Positions 63,027-64,000 of a stretch of DNA of 64,000 bases are shown in pieces (position 1 is the stretch's first letter; every line of letters starts with the position of its first letter). A program made the position numbers and the translations under genes. The stretch covers positions 16,681 through 80,680 of the forward strand of contig JAEZJZ010000046.1 of the NCBI GenBank assembly GCA_023436245.1. The letters run 5' to 3'. This DNA comes from Bacillota bacterium. Lineage in GTDB: Bacteria; Bacillota; UBA994; UBA5500. Under the pieces are notes generated by a model that worked only from the letters and a program-made list of their open reading frames with translations, was not told the origin of the DNA and made no database searches.

Positions 63027-63893
63027 TTGAGTTGTGATAGTATAGAAAAAATGGTTGTATTAGCGGGGTGTGGGTTCGTGAGTCAATTAAGATATGCTAT
63101 CATCGGCCTGATCATCGGTATTGCCTCGATCACTCCGGGCATGAGCGGCGGAGCCTTAGCCGCTGCCCTCGGCCTCTATGAGCGAATGGTGCAGGCGATC
63201 AGCCACCCCTTGCGGGATCTGCGGAGAAACCTGGTCTTTCTGCTGCCAGTTGGAATCGGCGCTGCCGTCGGTGTGGTCGGCTTTAGCAACGTGATGGAAT
63301 GGCTGATGCAGCAAGCCCCGAACCAAGTGAAGTGGCTGTTCTTGGGGCTGGTGGCCGGAAGCGTGCCTTCACTGATGCGCACCGCTAACTCCAAAGGCTT
63401 CCACTGGCGTTGGCTGCTCTACACCCTGGTCGCGCTGGCCAGCTTGCCCCTGTTCAACCTGCTGCAGCAAAGCTGGTCAGCAGTGACTGCGCCTGGCGGC
63501 AGCAGCGGATGGATGGCGTTCCTCGGCTATGGACTGATGCTCGCAGTGGGCACAATCGTACCCGGCATCAGCACGTCCTTCATTCTGATGGCCTTCGGAG
63601 TCTATGACCAACTGCTCAGGGCTATGGCCACGCTTGATCTCGAAATCCTCTTCCCCACCGGCCTCGGCTTTTGTCTGGGAGTTCTCCTGCTGGCCCGCCT
63701 GGTGGAGATGCTCTTCCGCCGGTTCCACTCCCAGGCGTATTACACTGTCCTAGGCTTCCTGCTCGGCTCGGCGTTGCTTATTCTGCCTAGTCCAGTGTTC
63801 GGGTGGCCGCTGCTGCTGGACATCGGCCTCTTCGTCTTGGGGGTGTCCATCAGCCTGCTGATGCTACGGCTGAGCCCGACCAGCCAATCGTGA
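63027..63893 (+). CDS. DUF368-family membrane protein (polyprenyl-phosphate transporter family, PopT-like)
   Basis: GIASITPGMSGGALAAALGLYERM and a second GTIVPGISTSFILMAFGVYD repeat typify DUF368. The true start may be Met 63051 or GTG 63078. Confidence 0.8.
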   Translation: MSCDSIEKMVVLAGCGFVSQLRYAIIGLIIGIASITPGMSGGALAAALGLYERMVQAISHPLRDLRRNLVFLLPVGIGAAVGVVGFSNVMEWLMQQAPNQVKWLFLGLVAGSVPSLMRTANSKGFHWRWLLYTLVALASLPLFNLLQQSWSAVTAPGGSSGWMAFLGYGLMLAVGTIVPGISTSFILMAFGVYDQLLRAMATLDLEILFPTGLGFCLGVLLLARLVEMLFRRFHSQAYYTVLGFLLGSALLILPSPVFGWPLLLDIGLFVLGVSISLLMLRLSPTSQS

Positions 63894-63900
63894 CCGATGC

Positions 63901-63941
63901 AAAGCAGAGGCGATTCTTTAGGAAGACGCTTCTGCTTTTTT
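63901..63941 (+). terminator. Rho-independent terminator
   Basis: Stem AAAGCAGAGGCG / CGCTTCTGCTTT (one mismatch) followed by TTTTTT. Confidence 0.7.
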
Positions 63942-64000
63942 GGCGGCGCCACTATACTTGGAAAGACGAATGATGATCATCTAAAATAAACCGTCAGAGC

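Noticed and set aside
1-64000. Search for tRNA, rRNA, tmRNA, transposase, integrase, phage or classical defence genes (restriction-modification, Cas, toxin-antitoxin)
   Set aside because: I saw no GGTTCGAATCC-type T-arms or rRNA-like stretches in the intergenic regions. No ORF shows DDE, tyrosine- or serine-recombinase, nuclease or methylase motifs. The stand-alone patatin-like gene has no partner genes that would suggest a CBASS-type effector.

Overview
GC-rich, gene-dense chromosomal segment of about 60 protein genes with Gram-positive (Bacillota-like) hallmarks: GGAGG-type ribosome-binding sites, a T-box leader, YwbE, DarA and a YtrA-type operon. I found no rRNA, tRNA, CRISPR array, transposase, integrase or prophage genes. 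Recognisable content is housekeeping (proS, ddl, map, rsgA, rocD, pepV, a frameshifted corA), redox metabolism (flavodiiron protein, four-subunit 2-oxoacid:ferredoxin oxidoreductase), envelope and stress functions (VanY-type peptidase, S41 peptidase, DUF218, DUF368, two ECF sigma modules, several ABC systems) and regulators (YafY/WYL, PadR, GntR/YtrA, PAS histidine kinase). Most worth a second look: (1) a tightly coupled four-gene operon (8227-11171) encoding only membrane proteins that I cannot place in any family. (2) A 1020-aa secreted M16 (HxxEH) peptidase fused to a polytopic double permease-like domain with no ATPase partner, directly downstream of the c-di-AMP receptor gene darA. (3) A dispersed intergenic family of REP-like palindromes (CGTAG-stem-CATG-stem-CTACG) whose stems covary. 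It includes tandem arrays and two composite elements with inverted termini that carry a terminator hairpin with a shared stem sequence. (4) Unusual gene forms: an MTA/SAH nucleosidase-GNAT fusion, an Fpg/Nei homologue without the N-terminal proline, a frameshifted corA, and a SigY-like ECF/ABC cluster followed by an ABC system whose permease carries a ~430-aa ectodomain. All family calls come from motifs read by eye in the translations. No database search was run.
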